DNA from: a virus
Taxonomy: Duplodnaviria; Caudoviricetes
DNA length: 31,706 nucleotides
IMG/VR virus record: IMGVR_UViG_3300030433_000923
Span: 1-31,706 of that record
Strand: one strand, 5' to 3'
Made by a program: the position numbers and the translations under genes. Within the stretch, counting starts at the first letter, position 1, and each line of letters begins with the position of its first letter. This document shows positions 1-9,465 of this stretch, in pieces. Under the pieces are notes generated by a model. The model had not been told where the DNA came from. It saw only the letters and a program-made list of their open reading frames with translations, and made no database searches.

Positions 1-2
1 TT

Positions 3-100
3 TATTTACCTCCTTTCTATTCTGTTATTCCATAAACTGTAAATTCACCTTTTGTTATATTACCACTTGCACCCATAAATTTAATATAATTCTGTGCTGT
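3..100. repeat. Terminal direct repeat, left copy (98 bp; circular assembly overlap)
   Basis: 3-100 is identical to 31609-31706; the two preceding bases differ (tt vs ca). Confidence 0.95.
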
Positions 101-607
101 TGTTAATGAACTTTCAAATGCATAAAAATTCCTATAAGGATTATTATTATTATTTTGATGTAAATAAATAGCGTGATAAAGTTTATTAACTTGTGGTTGT
201 GTAAAGTATGGTAAATAAAGTTCTAAATAATTTGTTTTAGCTGTGCCACTTGTATCGTGAACCCACCCCTCAAATGAATGTAAATTAGTATTTGAACCAT
301 AACTAGCATTGTACCCAGATGCACCTATTGTTACATAAAAATTACCTTGTTTACTTGTAAAAGAAAATGTTGAACCATTATCTGGAGAATCAGCAAAATG
401 AAAATTAGCATTAGTTGATAAAATAAAATCATTAATTCTAATCATATAACTTTTATAATCTGATGTAAAAACTGTATTGTCAAAAGCAACTTCTGAACTA
501 GAAGATGCACTTGCTGTTGCAAGTTTTACCAAACTTCCTGTTGGAATCGCAGTAGGTAATGCAGTTACTGAACTAAGTGTATTATTGTTTGCTCTAATTA
601 TTGCCAT
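17..607 (-). CDS. Tail fibre / receptor-binding module protein (paralog 3)
   Basis: Short N-terminal peptide plus beta-rich domain (GSLVKL...SPDNGSTF...GNITKGEFTVYG) homologous to the C-terminal domains of the two upstream genes. Confidence 0.7.
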   Translation of the reverse strand: MAIIRANNNTLSSVTALPTAIPTGSLVKLATASASSSSEVAFDNTVFTSDYKSYMIRINDFILSTNANFHFADSPDNGSTFSFTSKQGNFYVTIGASGYNASYGSNTNLHSFEGWVHDTSGTAKTNYLELYLPYFTQPQVNKLYHAIYLHQNNNNNPYRNFYAFESSLTTAQNYIKFMGASGNITKGEFTVYGITE

Positions 608-1653
608 TACTTAACTACTCCAAATAAGGTGAATGTTCCATCAGCAATGTTGCCACTACTAAAACTAAATTCTATGTAATTTATTACAGAAGTATCTTCT
701 AATATATAACCTTCTTTAACAGCATACATATTATTATTAGCTTGTTTAATAATATAATTGTGTTCTATTGATAAATGAGTATTTGCATCTCTCATATGAG
801 AAATACGATAATTACCAGTAAGTACATGATTAGCATCATTACCAGCAGCAAATGAATTTTCAGCATAATTAGATTTTGTTGTACCACTACCACCATGACT
901 ACCAGAACCTAATTGTGCATGATGATAACCATATTGAAATGTACCTGTTAGAAAAGAACTACCATTATCTGTAGAATATCTTGACCTAATATATACACTA
1001 TCTGTTACAGGTTTTGCTCCCTCATATTCAATAAAATATTTACCATAAGTATCAGTAATTACTGTGTTGTCAAATGTAACAGTTGCTTGTGCTGATGTAA
1101 CATCTGTTGTATTTAATTTTACCAAACCACCCGCACTACCAAAAGATAGATTACCACTACCATCTGTAATTAATGCTTTGTTTGCACTTGGTGCTGTGCT
1201 CGGCAAAGTTAATGTATATGACTGCGCTGCGCTGTGCGGAGGTCCTTTAATCTTAACTCCATGAGTATTTTGTTCACAGTTTAATTGTATTGCCCCTGAA
1301 TCACTACCAGCACCTTTTGATATAAGTGTAGGTGCAGTAGCTAACTTATCATTCGTGATGGTCGCGTCGCTGACTGTGCCCACATTTAAAACATCACCTA
1401 ATACAATTATAAAATTAATGACGTCGCCCGTGCTGAGGTTGCTGGCGAATGTCAGGGTGCTGCCTGAAATTGTGAATGAACTACCAGGACTTTGTATTAT
1501 ACCATTTAGACTCACTAACATTTGTTGGGCAGAAGCGGGACTAAAATTAACAGAGTCTTTTTGCATCGTATAGGCAGCTTGACCATTAACAACAGTAATG
1601 TTGTCTAGCTTTATAAAGTTTCCTGTTATAGGTTGTTTTCCGATATAGGGCAT
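607..1653 (-). CDS. Tail fibre protein (MxYIG-type N-terminal domain, linker, paralogous C-terminal domain)
   Basis: MPYIGKQP start, LNGIIQSP...FTISGSTLTF domain, SYTLTLP...TDGSGNLSF fibre repeat, C-terminus SSGNIADGTFTLFG. Confidence 0.75.
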   Translation of the reverse strand: MPYIGKQPITGNFIKLDNITVVNGQAAYTMQKDSVNFSPASAQQMLVSLNGIIQSPGSSFTISGSTLTFASNLSTGDVINFIIVLGDVLNVGTVSDATITNDKLATAPTLISKGAGSDSGAIQLNCEQNTHGVKIKGPPHSAAQSYTLTLPSTAPSANKALITDGSGNLSFGSAGGLVKLNTTDVTSAQATVTFDNTVITDTYGKYFIEYEGAKPVTDSVYIRSRYSTDNGSSFLTGTFQYGYHHAQLGSGSHGGSGTTKSNYAENSFAAGNDANHVLTGNYRISHMRDANTHLSIEHNYIIKQANNNMYAVKEGYILEDTSVINYIEFSFSSGNIADGTFTLFGVVK

Positions 1654-2255
1654 TATTTTGCTATCCCATATAAAGTGAATGTTCCGTCTGCTATGTTACC
1701 ACTACTAAAAGTCCATTCTGCATAATTAGGATTTGCAGTATTATCAATCCCCCATGCTTCTCGTACATAATACCATGCATTATTAAAGTTACGAATTACA
1801 AAAATATGAGAAATTGTATAATAGGCACTTGAATCATTGAATCCCTCTAAAATCCATTGTCCATGTCCAGCAGTATTTGTTTCATTCCCCCATTGATAAT
1901 CAGAACGAGCATAATCTGTTTTACCAGAACCACTGCCTGTATGACTAGCCGCACCTAATCTTGTAGTGCTATATCCATAATTATAAGTTCCAGTAATAAA
2001 AGAACTTCCATTATCTGCTGAAACTCTTACTCTAAAGTATGTCCCATCAGTGATTGGTTTTAACATAGTGTATTCCATAACAAACTTATCATAAGTGCTT
2101 GTAATCAATGAACTGTTAAATACTAAAGATGCTGTGCTAGTAGTAATATCAGTTGTGTTTAATTTAACCAAATTACCAGCTCCACTTACTGTACCTGTAA
2201 ATGCATAAGTATCTGCGAGGTTCATTGATTCAGCTTGTATTTTACTTAATGGCAT
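1653..2255 (-). CDS. Tail fibre / receptor-binding module protein (paralog 1)
   Basis: GNLVKLNTTD...SADNGSSF...SSGNIADGTFTLYG aligns by eye with the C-terminal half of 607-1653. Confidence 0.7.
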   Translation of the reverse strand: MPLSKIQAESMNLADTYAFTGTVSGAGNLVKLNTTDITTSTASLVFNSSLITSTYDKFVMEYTMLKPITDGTYFRVRVSADNGSSFITGTYNYGYSTTRLGAASHTGSGSGKTDYARSDYQWGNETNTAGHGQWILEGFNDSSAYYTISHIFVIRNFNNAWYYVREAWGIDNTANPNYAEWTFSSGNIADGTFTLYGIAK

Positions 2256-2258
2256 AAT

Positions 2259-2534
2259 CTATTCCTTTGGGTATTTATCCTTAACGGCTTTTATTGTTTT
2301 TTTCCAACCCTCTATTCCATTATGATATATATCATCTAATTGGTCTACAATACTTGGATATTCATCTGCTCGTTTATATTGATATTCATTAGGGTCTTTC
2401 CATGCTTTTACTTTAGTCCAATCAATAGTAACTAATTTACCATCTTTGTCTTTTGCAACAATAGTTTTTTCTGTATCACCATTAATAGAAACTGCTGAAT
2501 TATGTATTGCTCGTATGGCTTTATGTAAATCCAT
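2259..2534 (-). CDS. Putative tail-fibre assembly chaperone
   Basis: YQYKRADEYPSIVDQLDDIYHNG..W...IKAVKDKYPK motif typical of small proteins following marine phage fibre genes. Confidence 0.65.
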   Translation of the reverse strand: MDLHKAIRAIHNSAVSINGDTEKTIVAKDKDGKLVTIDWTKVKAWKDPNEYQYKRADEYPSIVDQLDDIYHNGIEGWKKTIKAVKDKYPKE

Positions 2535-3349
2535 TATGCTCCTACCTCCATTGCAGTTATAGAAGAAATAGTCCTTCCTATCACCGATGAATCACTATCT
2601 GCATTTGTGCGATTGATTGCTACTGTACCACTTTGACTCATCATTTGAACTTTATAAGTTGTTGCAGAAGTTGTGTTAGGACTATCTAAAAAATTTACTG
2701 ACGAAGCCAAAGATGCATTTGTGTCATTAACTCTTGTTTGAGCAAAAGCAAGTGGTCTTGAACCAGCAGAATCCCCAGCCGCAATTACTGTGCTTCCTCT
2801 TAATAATCTTAATAATGCATTATTACCACTGGCAGTAGAAGTATTTGTATGAACTATAACCATTACTTTATTAGATGTACTTGATGGTGTTATTGCAACC
2901 GAAAGTCCAGTTATATCTGTAAATGACGAACTTGATGAAGTAAAAGTATCTGTTTTAGCAGTTTGTACTACTTGTAATATTTTACCAAATGAAGGTGCAA
3001 CGAAACTATTATCACCTCGTAAAAATGTTGTAGCATCTTTTGTACCTGTAGCTGATAATTCACTCGTACCTACACTACCACTTGCTGGATTTACTGTTCC
3101 CACCGCCTTACCCATATAAACAACATAGAGATCGTCAGAGCTAGTCAAAGCACTTGCCATAGTCAATGAAGTGCCAGAAGCTGTGTACGCAGTTGTCGGC
3201 TCTTGTATTACATTATTAAGAACAACTCTTAATTCATTTGCATTTGTTACCGATTGAGAAAGTGTATAATTTGCTGTAGCGGAAGTTGTAATATCTTGCT
3301 TTACAAACGATTGAAATGAAGTTGTTGGTGCTGGTCCGATATATCCCAT
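2534..3349 (-). CDS. Tail fibre protein (MGYIG N-terminal domain plus GKILQVV-type C-terminal domain)
   Basis: LNNVIQEP...YTASGTSLT domain, TFLRGDN repeat, GKILQVVQ...ITPSSTSNKV...LDSPNTTSATTYKVQ...SITAMEV. Confidence 0.75.
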   Translation of the reverse strand: MGYIGPAPTTSFQSFVKQDITTSATANYTLSQSVTNANELRVVLNNVIQEPTTAYTASGTSLTMASALTSSDDLYVVYMGKAVGTVNPASGSVGTSELSATGTKDATTFLRGDNSFVAPSFGKILQVVQTAKTDTFTSSSSSFTDITGLSVAITPSSTSNKVMVIVHTNTSTASGNNALLRLLRGSTVIAAGDSAGSRPLAFAQTRVNDTNASLASSVNFLDSPNTTSATTYKVQMMSQSGTVAINRTNADSDSSVIGRTISSITAMEVGA

Positions 3350-3350
3350 A

Positions 3351-3677
3351 TTATGTACTTATTGCATCTACCACAGAAACCCACACATCAAGCGATGAAG
3401 CGGTGTCAGAAATTACTTTTAAAGCATCTCCTGATTGAACAACAAACTTTGCTCCACCATCCAAGACTTGTAATGCTGATCCAGAGGGAATAGATACATC
3501 CTTTACTAAATGAATATCATTACTGCCATCATTAATATAACAAGAAGCTGTAATTGCAGAAGTCGTTACATTCGCCAAACTTATGCCAACAATAGTATCA
3601 AAAGAGTTAGCGGTCAAAACTGTTGTTGCTCCTGTGCCTACATTATTACTCGTAAATCTTCTAAAATTTTGTGCCAT
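3351..3677 (-). CDS. Conserved small virion/tail adaptor protein
   Basis: 108 aa beta-rich protein (IPSGSALQVLDGGAKFVVQSGDALKV) between fibre genes; AAGGAG RBS. Confidence 0.6.
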   Translation of the reverse strand: MAQNFRRFTSNNVGTGATTVLTANSFDTIVGISLANVTTSAITASCYINDGSNDIHLVKDVSIPSGSALQVLDGGAKFVVQSGDALKVISDTASSLDVWVSVVDAIST

Positions 3678-3687
3678 ATATTCTCCT

Positions 3688-4380
3688 TTATAATGCTATG
3701 CTCATTGCTATTGCAAACCCCGCAGATACTTCTCCGTCTGCTCCATCACTTCCCGAAGCGCCCGTTGCTCCTGTCGGAATACCTAATGTTAAATTTAATT
3801 GATCACCGCTCACACTTGCCGATCCTGTGGCACTTGATCCCGCAGATAATGTATTCGTTGTTAAAGAAACTGTACTTATTCCCTTACTTAGTAAAGTCAG
3901 ATCTGTTCCATCGGTATTGTAGCCAATAACTTTGTTAGCATTGTTAGAGGTCGTATCATTGTAAGGTACAGTTAAACTTGGTGCGGTTGATCCTGTTACA
4001 AATTCTGGTAGCTGCAAGGTACGATCTATCTTTTCTTCAAACTGTTGTAACACCATGATCGTATTATCAAAATCTGTTTCTAATGATGCAGCGGTAAAGG
4101 ATGCTCCTGTACTATATGCACTTGTTCGAGATAAAGGTTTGTTGGCGAGGATGGTAAGTTTCTGTCCTGACGTAGGAGCTGAAGAATAATTAACAGTTCC
4201 CGTTCCATTGGTGGCTATGCTCACAGTATAATCACTCGATAAAGATTGAGTTGTTTCGCCAAGTATAACTTTTAGTTCGGAATCCGCATTGATCTGAAAC
4301 GAAAATGCAAAAGATGTTTGCGATCCGTTAGTCGTATACTGAATCCGCCTATTAGTATCATTAATATCAAATGTCGCCAT
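3688..4380 (-). CDS. Short tail fibre with T7 gp17-like N-terminal tail-attachment domain
   Basis: YTTNGSQTSFAFSF...DYTVS...LETDFDNTIMVLQQ N-terminal pattern; short G-X-X repeats; ends GFAIAMSIAL. Confidence 0.75.
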   Translation of the reverse strand: MATFDINDTNRRIQYTTNGSQTSFAFSFQINADSELKVILGETTQSLSSDYTVSIATNGTGTVNYSSAPTSGQKLTILANKPLSRTSAYSTGASFTAASLETDFDNTIMVLQQFEEKIDRTLQLPEFVTGSTAPSLTVPYNDTTSNNANKVIGYNTDGTDLTLLSKGISTVSLTTNTLSAGSSATGSASVSGDQLNLTLGIPTGATGASGSDGADGEVSAGFAIAMSIAL

Positions 4381-4397
4381 AAACCTTACCTCTACCC

Positions 4398-4426
4398 TTT
4401 ATACATTATATATCGATTAATTTCAA
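4398..4426 (-). promoter_or_regulatory. Sigma70-type promoter for the tail-fibre cassette
   Basis: Minus strand TTGAAA (4421-4426), 17 bp spacer, TATAAA (4398-4403) in the 49-bp intergenic gap. Confidence 0.6.
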
Positions 4427-4429
4427 ACA

Positions 4430-7414
4430 TTAGTTTTTCAAGTTGTCTATTTTGATTTGTAATTCAGGATATTTTTTTAACAACAATTCTGTACCGCTTT
4501 TTCTTGCATTTGAAAGTATAGAGTTTAAATCGTTAAACTGATCGGTCTCTCTTTGAAGTAAAAAATCTGGATCAGCAATTTCTTTTTGGATTAAGTTCAG
4601 TAAATTTTTTGTAACTTTGTAACCTCTATCATCGCTACCTAAATGTCGTTTTTTATCAATATAATTACTTTCATTTATAAAAGTTACAAAGTCGTTATAT
4701 TGAGCATCGCTAAGTTTTACTCTTTCTATTGTTCTAGGATGATCTTTAAAAATTCCAACTGTATCAGATAAATCTCTTAAAAATTCGTTTACATCATTAA
4801 AATCTGGATTTGTAACTTTTATAGGGGAAACTACTTCGTAATTTACTCCGTTGCTTTGTTGTTTTGTTTCTCCCCAAAAGTTTAAACCTGGCAACAAATC
4901 ATCTGAGAAACTTGGGCTTCTTGATTTTGCTCTATTAAGTCCAACATAAAATCCCTCAACAAAAGAGGGGAATGGAACATACTCAAGAGTAGCTAATTGA
5001 TCTTCGTTTAACATGGTATTAGAAGCATTTGGATTTTGTAATCTTTCAAGAGTTGCTCTAAAACTTGTTTGACCTACTAATTGAAAATCAGAAAAATAAC
5101 TTAAAGGAGTATTGACCATTGTATCTAAACCAATACCACCAAACTGCCCTATAGCATTTGTTCCGACAGATGTTAATTGCTCTCCAAAATATTTACCAAA
5201 TCTTTGAAAAGTATCTTCTTGACTTGCGTATGGATTACCAGCAGCCATCATAAGTTCAGAAACACCCTGAAGGTATGGCATATTTTGAGCATATTCAGCA
5301 GAAGCCAAGCTTCCCGCTTTAAATAAATTTTCTAACTCAAATAAATCTGCATCTGAATTGTGAGCGTAATAAGCGTAATCAGCAGCCATTGCTAAAACAG
5401 CAGACATTGGATCAAACCTTGAAAATGTGTATCCTTTATATGTTCCATCGGCTTGTTTAAAATTAATTGAATATTGTGAAATACCCGCACCTTCTAAAAA
5501 CTTTCTTGCCTTTTTGTCTTTAGGTCCTGATCCCATAACCACAATATCATCTCCAAAATATCCAGAAGCAAGTAACGCCATCATAGCAAATGTGCCATTG
5601 CCAATCATTAACTTAGATACTGCCTTATCAAATTCTTTACCTCGCATAGGCGTAGTTCCAAAAGGATCTAACGCTCTAAGGTTAGGATCAGCGTTCATAA
5701 TAGTTCTGTATATAGGCGACCAATTTAAAGTTCTATCAAATGCTTCTTTAATAATATTGGTTGGTGTTTTACTAAAAGGCACAATAATTTTAAAACCTGG
5801 TATGTTTGACAATCCTACAAAGCTCGACCAGATTCCTTCGGGATTGCCTTGAAATGTTCTTACAAGTGCTTCTTGACTCATTAAATCTTTTGTTGACTCC
5901 GATGGCTCTAAAATACCTTTTGTAAATTTATCCTCGGCTAATTGTCTAGCTTGGTCTTTTGTAATCTCTCCTGACCTTCTTGCAGTTTGATATGTAATCA
6001 TGGCATCTCTATATGCTTCTCTATACATTACAGCTCGTTCAGATATTACTTTAAAAAACTCATCTTCTGCGCCGAGAAAACGTCCTGGCAATCTTCCTAA
6101 TATTCCAAGTATATCAACTAACGGAGCGTAAGCATCTTTATACCCTTTCATATTTCCTATACTGTCTAAAACTTGTGCTATATTATTGGTGCTTCCGATT
6201 GCTCTAGGATTTTTCAAATCAATCTTGGTCATAAAATCCCCAGCTTCTCCCGTTACTAATGAAGATCCAAAACCCTTAAAAGCATCTTTTAGAGCATACA
6301 TCATACCAAACGCTTCTGCGGATGCTTCTCCACTAGGTATTGGTCTAAATTTTGTTTGTCCATTAACTTCAATTTTTGCAAAATTTTTATCTGTAAAAGA
6401 TCCTGACAAAACTCTATCGTTCACATCTCCTAGTCTACCACCCAAAGTTCTTGCATTTCCTATAACTGATGCTAACCCTGTTTCTGCTGTTTGTAAGATT
6501 TGAAATCCCGCATTACCCGCAATATTGACAACATGAGTAACAGGACTTGATAAGATAGCATTTATGTATAATTCCATTACTGCATCGTAAGTTTTTAAAG
6601 CCTTATGTTCTCTTGCAAATTCAGCTCTTCCCGCTGGTGAAAGCGATAAATATGCTTCAGTAGAATAATCAATAAGATCTTCATCTAAGTTTTCCATAAA
6701 ATCATTAAGCTCATCTCTATACTGTTTAAGATTTATATTTCTTAGTTTTTGTACGGAAGATACTGCTCCAAGCGACCGACCAACTTCTGACACCGATCCT
6801 GATACTTGACCCATCAAATTAATCTGTATAGCTAGTAAACTTTGAAATTCTTTAAACTCACTTTTTTTAAGAGCCATGTTTGTTCTAGGTATATCACGAA
6901 TTTTTCTGGCTTTTTGCTCAAGCTCTTGTCCTAGTTGTAGTGTCAGGATTAAACCACTCATCATATCTTCCACAGGCAATATAGTGCCGACTTTTCTACT
7001 CATAATTTTATATGCTACATCTGTAAATCCTGTTTTATCTGCTGTTTCGGTCATTACTGTTTTAACCATATCTTCTATGGGTTGGCGTGGTCGTTTTAAA
7101 AAATCAAAGAGTTCTTTGTTTTGTATTTTAATTTTTTGCATAAGATCGGTAACATTTACTGTAGTACCATCCCGACCAAGTATTTTGTTAGTAAGTTTAG
7201 TAAAATCTAATCCTTTGCCTTTATATCCACGAGCAACAAGTGTTTTATTTAAAGCATCAACAGCATCTTCGCTAACACTTTTAACAATTATTTCTCCCCT
7301 TGCTCCTGGTGTTAGACTGTCTTGCGGAGCAGAAAATTTTCTTACCTCCTTTTGTGTTTCTTCTGCTTTGCTTGCTTGTTTAGCTAAATAACTAAATATG
7401 TTTTTAATTCCCAT
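4430..7414 (-). CDS. Large internal virion (ejection) protein, T7 gp16 positional analog
   Basis: 994 aa, last internal-protein gene before fibres; motifs LSSPVTHVVNIAGN, RFLGAEDEFFK, IVPFSKTPTNI, FSRFDP seen in podovirus internal proteins. Confidence 0.7.
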   Translation of the reverse strand: MGIKNIFSYLAKQASKAEETQKEVRKFSAPQDSLTPGARGEIIVKSVSEDAVDALNKTLVARGYKGKGLDFTKLTNKILGRDGTTVNVTDLMQKIKIQNKELFDFLKRPRQPIEDMVKTVMTETADKTGFTDVAYKIMSRKVGTILPVEDMMSGLILTLQLGQELEQKARKIRDIPRTNMALKKSEFKEFQSLLAIQINLMGQVSGSVSEVGRSLGAVSSVQKLRNINLKQYRDELNDFMENLDEDLIDYSTEAYLSLSPAGRAEFAREHKALKTYDAVMELYINAILSSPVTHVVNIAGNAGFQILQTAETGLASVIGNARTLGGRLGDVNDRVLSGSFTDKNFAKIEVNGQTKFRPIPSGEASAEAFGMMYALKDAFKGFGSSLVTGEAGDFMTKIDLKNPRAIGSTNNIAQVLDSIGNMKGYKDAYAPLVDILGILGRLPGRFLGAEDEFFKVISERAVMYREAYRDAMITYQTARRSGEITKDQARQLAEDKFTKGILEPSESTKDLMSQEALVRTFQGNPEGIWSSFVGLSNIPGFKIIVPFSKTPTNIIKEAFDRTLNWSPIYRTIMNADPNLRALDPFGTTPMRGKEFDKAVSKLMIGNGTFAMMALLASGYFGDDIVVMGSGPKDKKARKFLEGAGISQYSINFKQADGTYKGYTFSRFDPMSAVLAMAADYAYYAHNSDADLFELENLFKAGSLASAEYAQNMPYLQGVSELMMAAGNPYASQEDTFQRFGKYFGEQLTSVGTNAIGQFGGIGLDTMVNTPLSYFSDFQLVGQTSFRATLERLQNPNASNTMLNEDQLATLEYVPFPSFVEGFYVGLNRAKSRSPSFSDDLLPGLNFWGETKQQSNGVNYEVVSPIKVTNPDFNDVNEFLRDLSDTVGIFKDHPRTIERVKLSDAQYNDFVTFINESNYIDKKRHLGSDDRGYKVTKNLLNLIQKEIADPDFLLQRETDQFNDLNSILSNARKSGTELLLKKYPELQIKIDNLKN

Positions 7415-9465
7415 TACTCGTTCTCCTGACCAACAACAAGTGGCGTTGCACTAAACATCGCCATTCCTTTTTTTACTTTTTCTTTAAGCTGTGGTGTTAG
7501 TTCTATGCTAAATCTTTTCTTTGGTCGTGTAGATGAAAATGGTGTATCCCCGCTTGATAGTGATGTTTGTACTCCAATAGTTATTTCTTTGTCTTTTTGT
7601 ATAGCATTTTTATCTAACTTCTTAACAATCTTCTCTGCATTCTTTGGAACAATCTCATCATAGAATTTAGCCACACCTTCATCATTCCATCTATCCATTT
7701 GTGCTTTGCCAGGAGTTATAGATACAAAATCGTAACCTTCATCAACTGCTTTAGATAATATTCTTTTTAGAGTTAGCTGTGTCCATTTATCTGTATCTGT
7801 TATGAATGGTGCTTTAAAAACTTTTTTGTCATTGTCAACTACAAAATTTTGAGTTTGTTGCAAATACATTCTTAATGAAGTTGCTTCATCTAAATCTTTA
7901 CCCGCTAAATCTTCACCAGAATCATTAACTATTTTTTCATATTCATCTAATTTTTTTTGTGCTTGTTTTCTTTTATTTAATATTTCTACCATTTTTCTTT
8001 CTGGTTTTTTAAAACCACTTTGTCTACCTTTTTGACCCCAATCCGATTGAATCTCCTCTATATAAAATACTTTTTTACCATCGCTTGTTGTTCTATCTTT
8101 TGTTCTAAAATGAGCAATGACATTTGATTCATCAAAATGACTTTCGTTAAATTGCACTTTAGGATCATCATATCTAATTAAAAACTCTCGGTAATTATCT
8201 CCGCCTGGTTCTGTGAATTCCCCAAACCTTGTAAATTTTGTTGGTGGGTCAATAAGACCTTCCTCTACCATAATTTGTTCAGCTTGTATTACAGCTTCGT
8301 CAAATGATCCTATACTTTGCCTACCCCTTCCAAAGTTTCTCTGTAAATAATTTTTACCATCTTTCATATCTGTTTCTGATCTAAATATCTCATATCCTTG
8401 GTCATTATTTCCTGTAATAATATATTTAGTTTCAGGATCAACAAATGTAAAAACAGCCGTTCCTTTATTATTAACTGTGTAATTTTCTTTTTCACCTCCT
8501 AAAAACCTTTGTCTTAAATTTCCAAAATTGCTCCCCATTCCAATAGTTGCTGACTCATCAACATCACCAGACAACTCTACCTCATCTAATTCTATTCTGT
8601 TTGCATTGATCTGATCCTGTAGTTCTTGTTTCGTAATCTTGCCTTTGTTAAGAACATCATCAAGTCCTAGCCATTCTATCTCATCTGGTTTTACTCCAGC
8701 TTTAAGTAATTGTTGGCGATACTGTTGTCCTGTGCCTTTATTCTGTTTTAACTGATTAGTTACTTCTTCTGCTTTAGAGTAAAAGTTAAGACGATCTACT
8801 TTTGGTTTTAGGTTTACAACCTTGCCTTCTGTGGGAGCTAGTTTAGATAAACCTTTATTAACCATGTTACTCATCTCACCCACACCCATACTCGACATAG
8901 TCATTGAACCTTGATTCTCAGCTACTCTTTTCTGTGCAGCTTTTCCGACTTCTTCTGATGTTTCTCTTATACTCTTGGCAACTGCGGGAGCTTTCTTGGC
9001 TGCTTGTCCTCCTATATTACCAACACCCAAAAACTCTCCGCCAACAAACCCAGCTTTAAAATCTTTTTTCTTTTGATCTGAAATTTTTAAATCATCAATA
9101 AAGTTATCAAAGTAACCTTTATAAAACTGTGATCCATAATTTTCTTTTGATAATGTTTCAAAGGTATTTGCAAATGTTTCTAATTTCTTACCATCTTCTG
9201 CACCGACAGATTTACCAATACTTACAAACAAACTAGCAAGATCTGTAGGTAGTCCTAATGTTGCTCCAATAGCTCCAGGTACTAAACTTGCGGTTGTTCC
9301 CGCCACTCGTTCTAAACCCTCTCCGATATTTTCTAATAGTGTAGGTTCTACATAAGGTCTAACATCAACCAAACCTTGTTCGTCTTGATAATACTCAAGA
9401 TCAACACCTGACGATCTCATTCTTCTGCTATTTTCAATATAATCAAAAATATCCTTAGTCATCAT
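7414..9465 (-). CDS. Internal virion protein with C-terminal EEIQSDW domain
   Basis: 683 aa in the ejection-protein block; Gly-rich hydrophobic N-terminal segments; SHF..NVIAHFRTKDR..YIEEIQSDW..APF..LKR..GYD motif series. Confidence 0.6.
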   Translation of the reverse strand: MMTKDIFDYIENSRRMRSSGVDLEYYQDEQGLVDVRPYVEPTLLENIGEGLERVAGTTASLVPGAIGATLGLPTDLASLFVSIGKSVGAEDGKKLETFANTFETLSKENYGSQFYKGYFDNFIDDLKISDQKKKDFKAGFVGGEFLGVGNIGGQAAKKAPAVAKSIRETSEEVGKAAQKRVAENQGSMTMSSMGVGEMSNMVNKGLSKLAPTEGKVVNLKPKVDRLNFYSKAEEVTNQLKQNKGTGQQYRQQLLKAGVKPDEIEWLGLDDVLNKGKITKQELQDQINANRIELDEVELSGDVDESATIGMGSNFGNLRQRFLGGEKENYTVNNKGTAVFTFVDPETKYIITGNNDQGYEIFRSETDMKDGKNYLQRNFGRGRQSIGSFDEAVIQAEQIMVEEGLIDPPTKFTRFGEFTEPGGDNYREFLIRYDDPKVQFNESHFDESNVIAHFRTKDRTTSDGKKVFYIEEIQSDWGQKGRQSGFKKPERKMVEILNKRKQAQKKLDEYEKIVNDSGEDLAGKDLDEATSLRMYLQQTQNFVVDNDKKVFKAPFITDTDKWTQLTLKRILSKAVDEGYDFVSITPGKAQMDRWNDEGVAKFYDEIVPKNAEKIVKKLDKNAIQKDKEITIGVQTSLSSGDTPFSSTRPKKRFSIELTPQLKEKVKKGMAMFSATPLVVGQENE

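Noticed and set aside
17-2255. Diversity-generating retroelement in the fibre paralogs
   Set aside because: No reverse transcriptase and no near-identical template/variable repeat pair with adenine-specific differences
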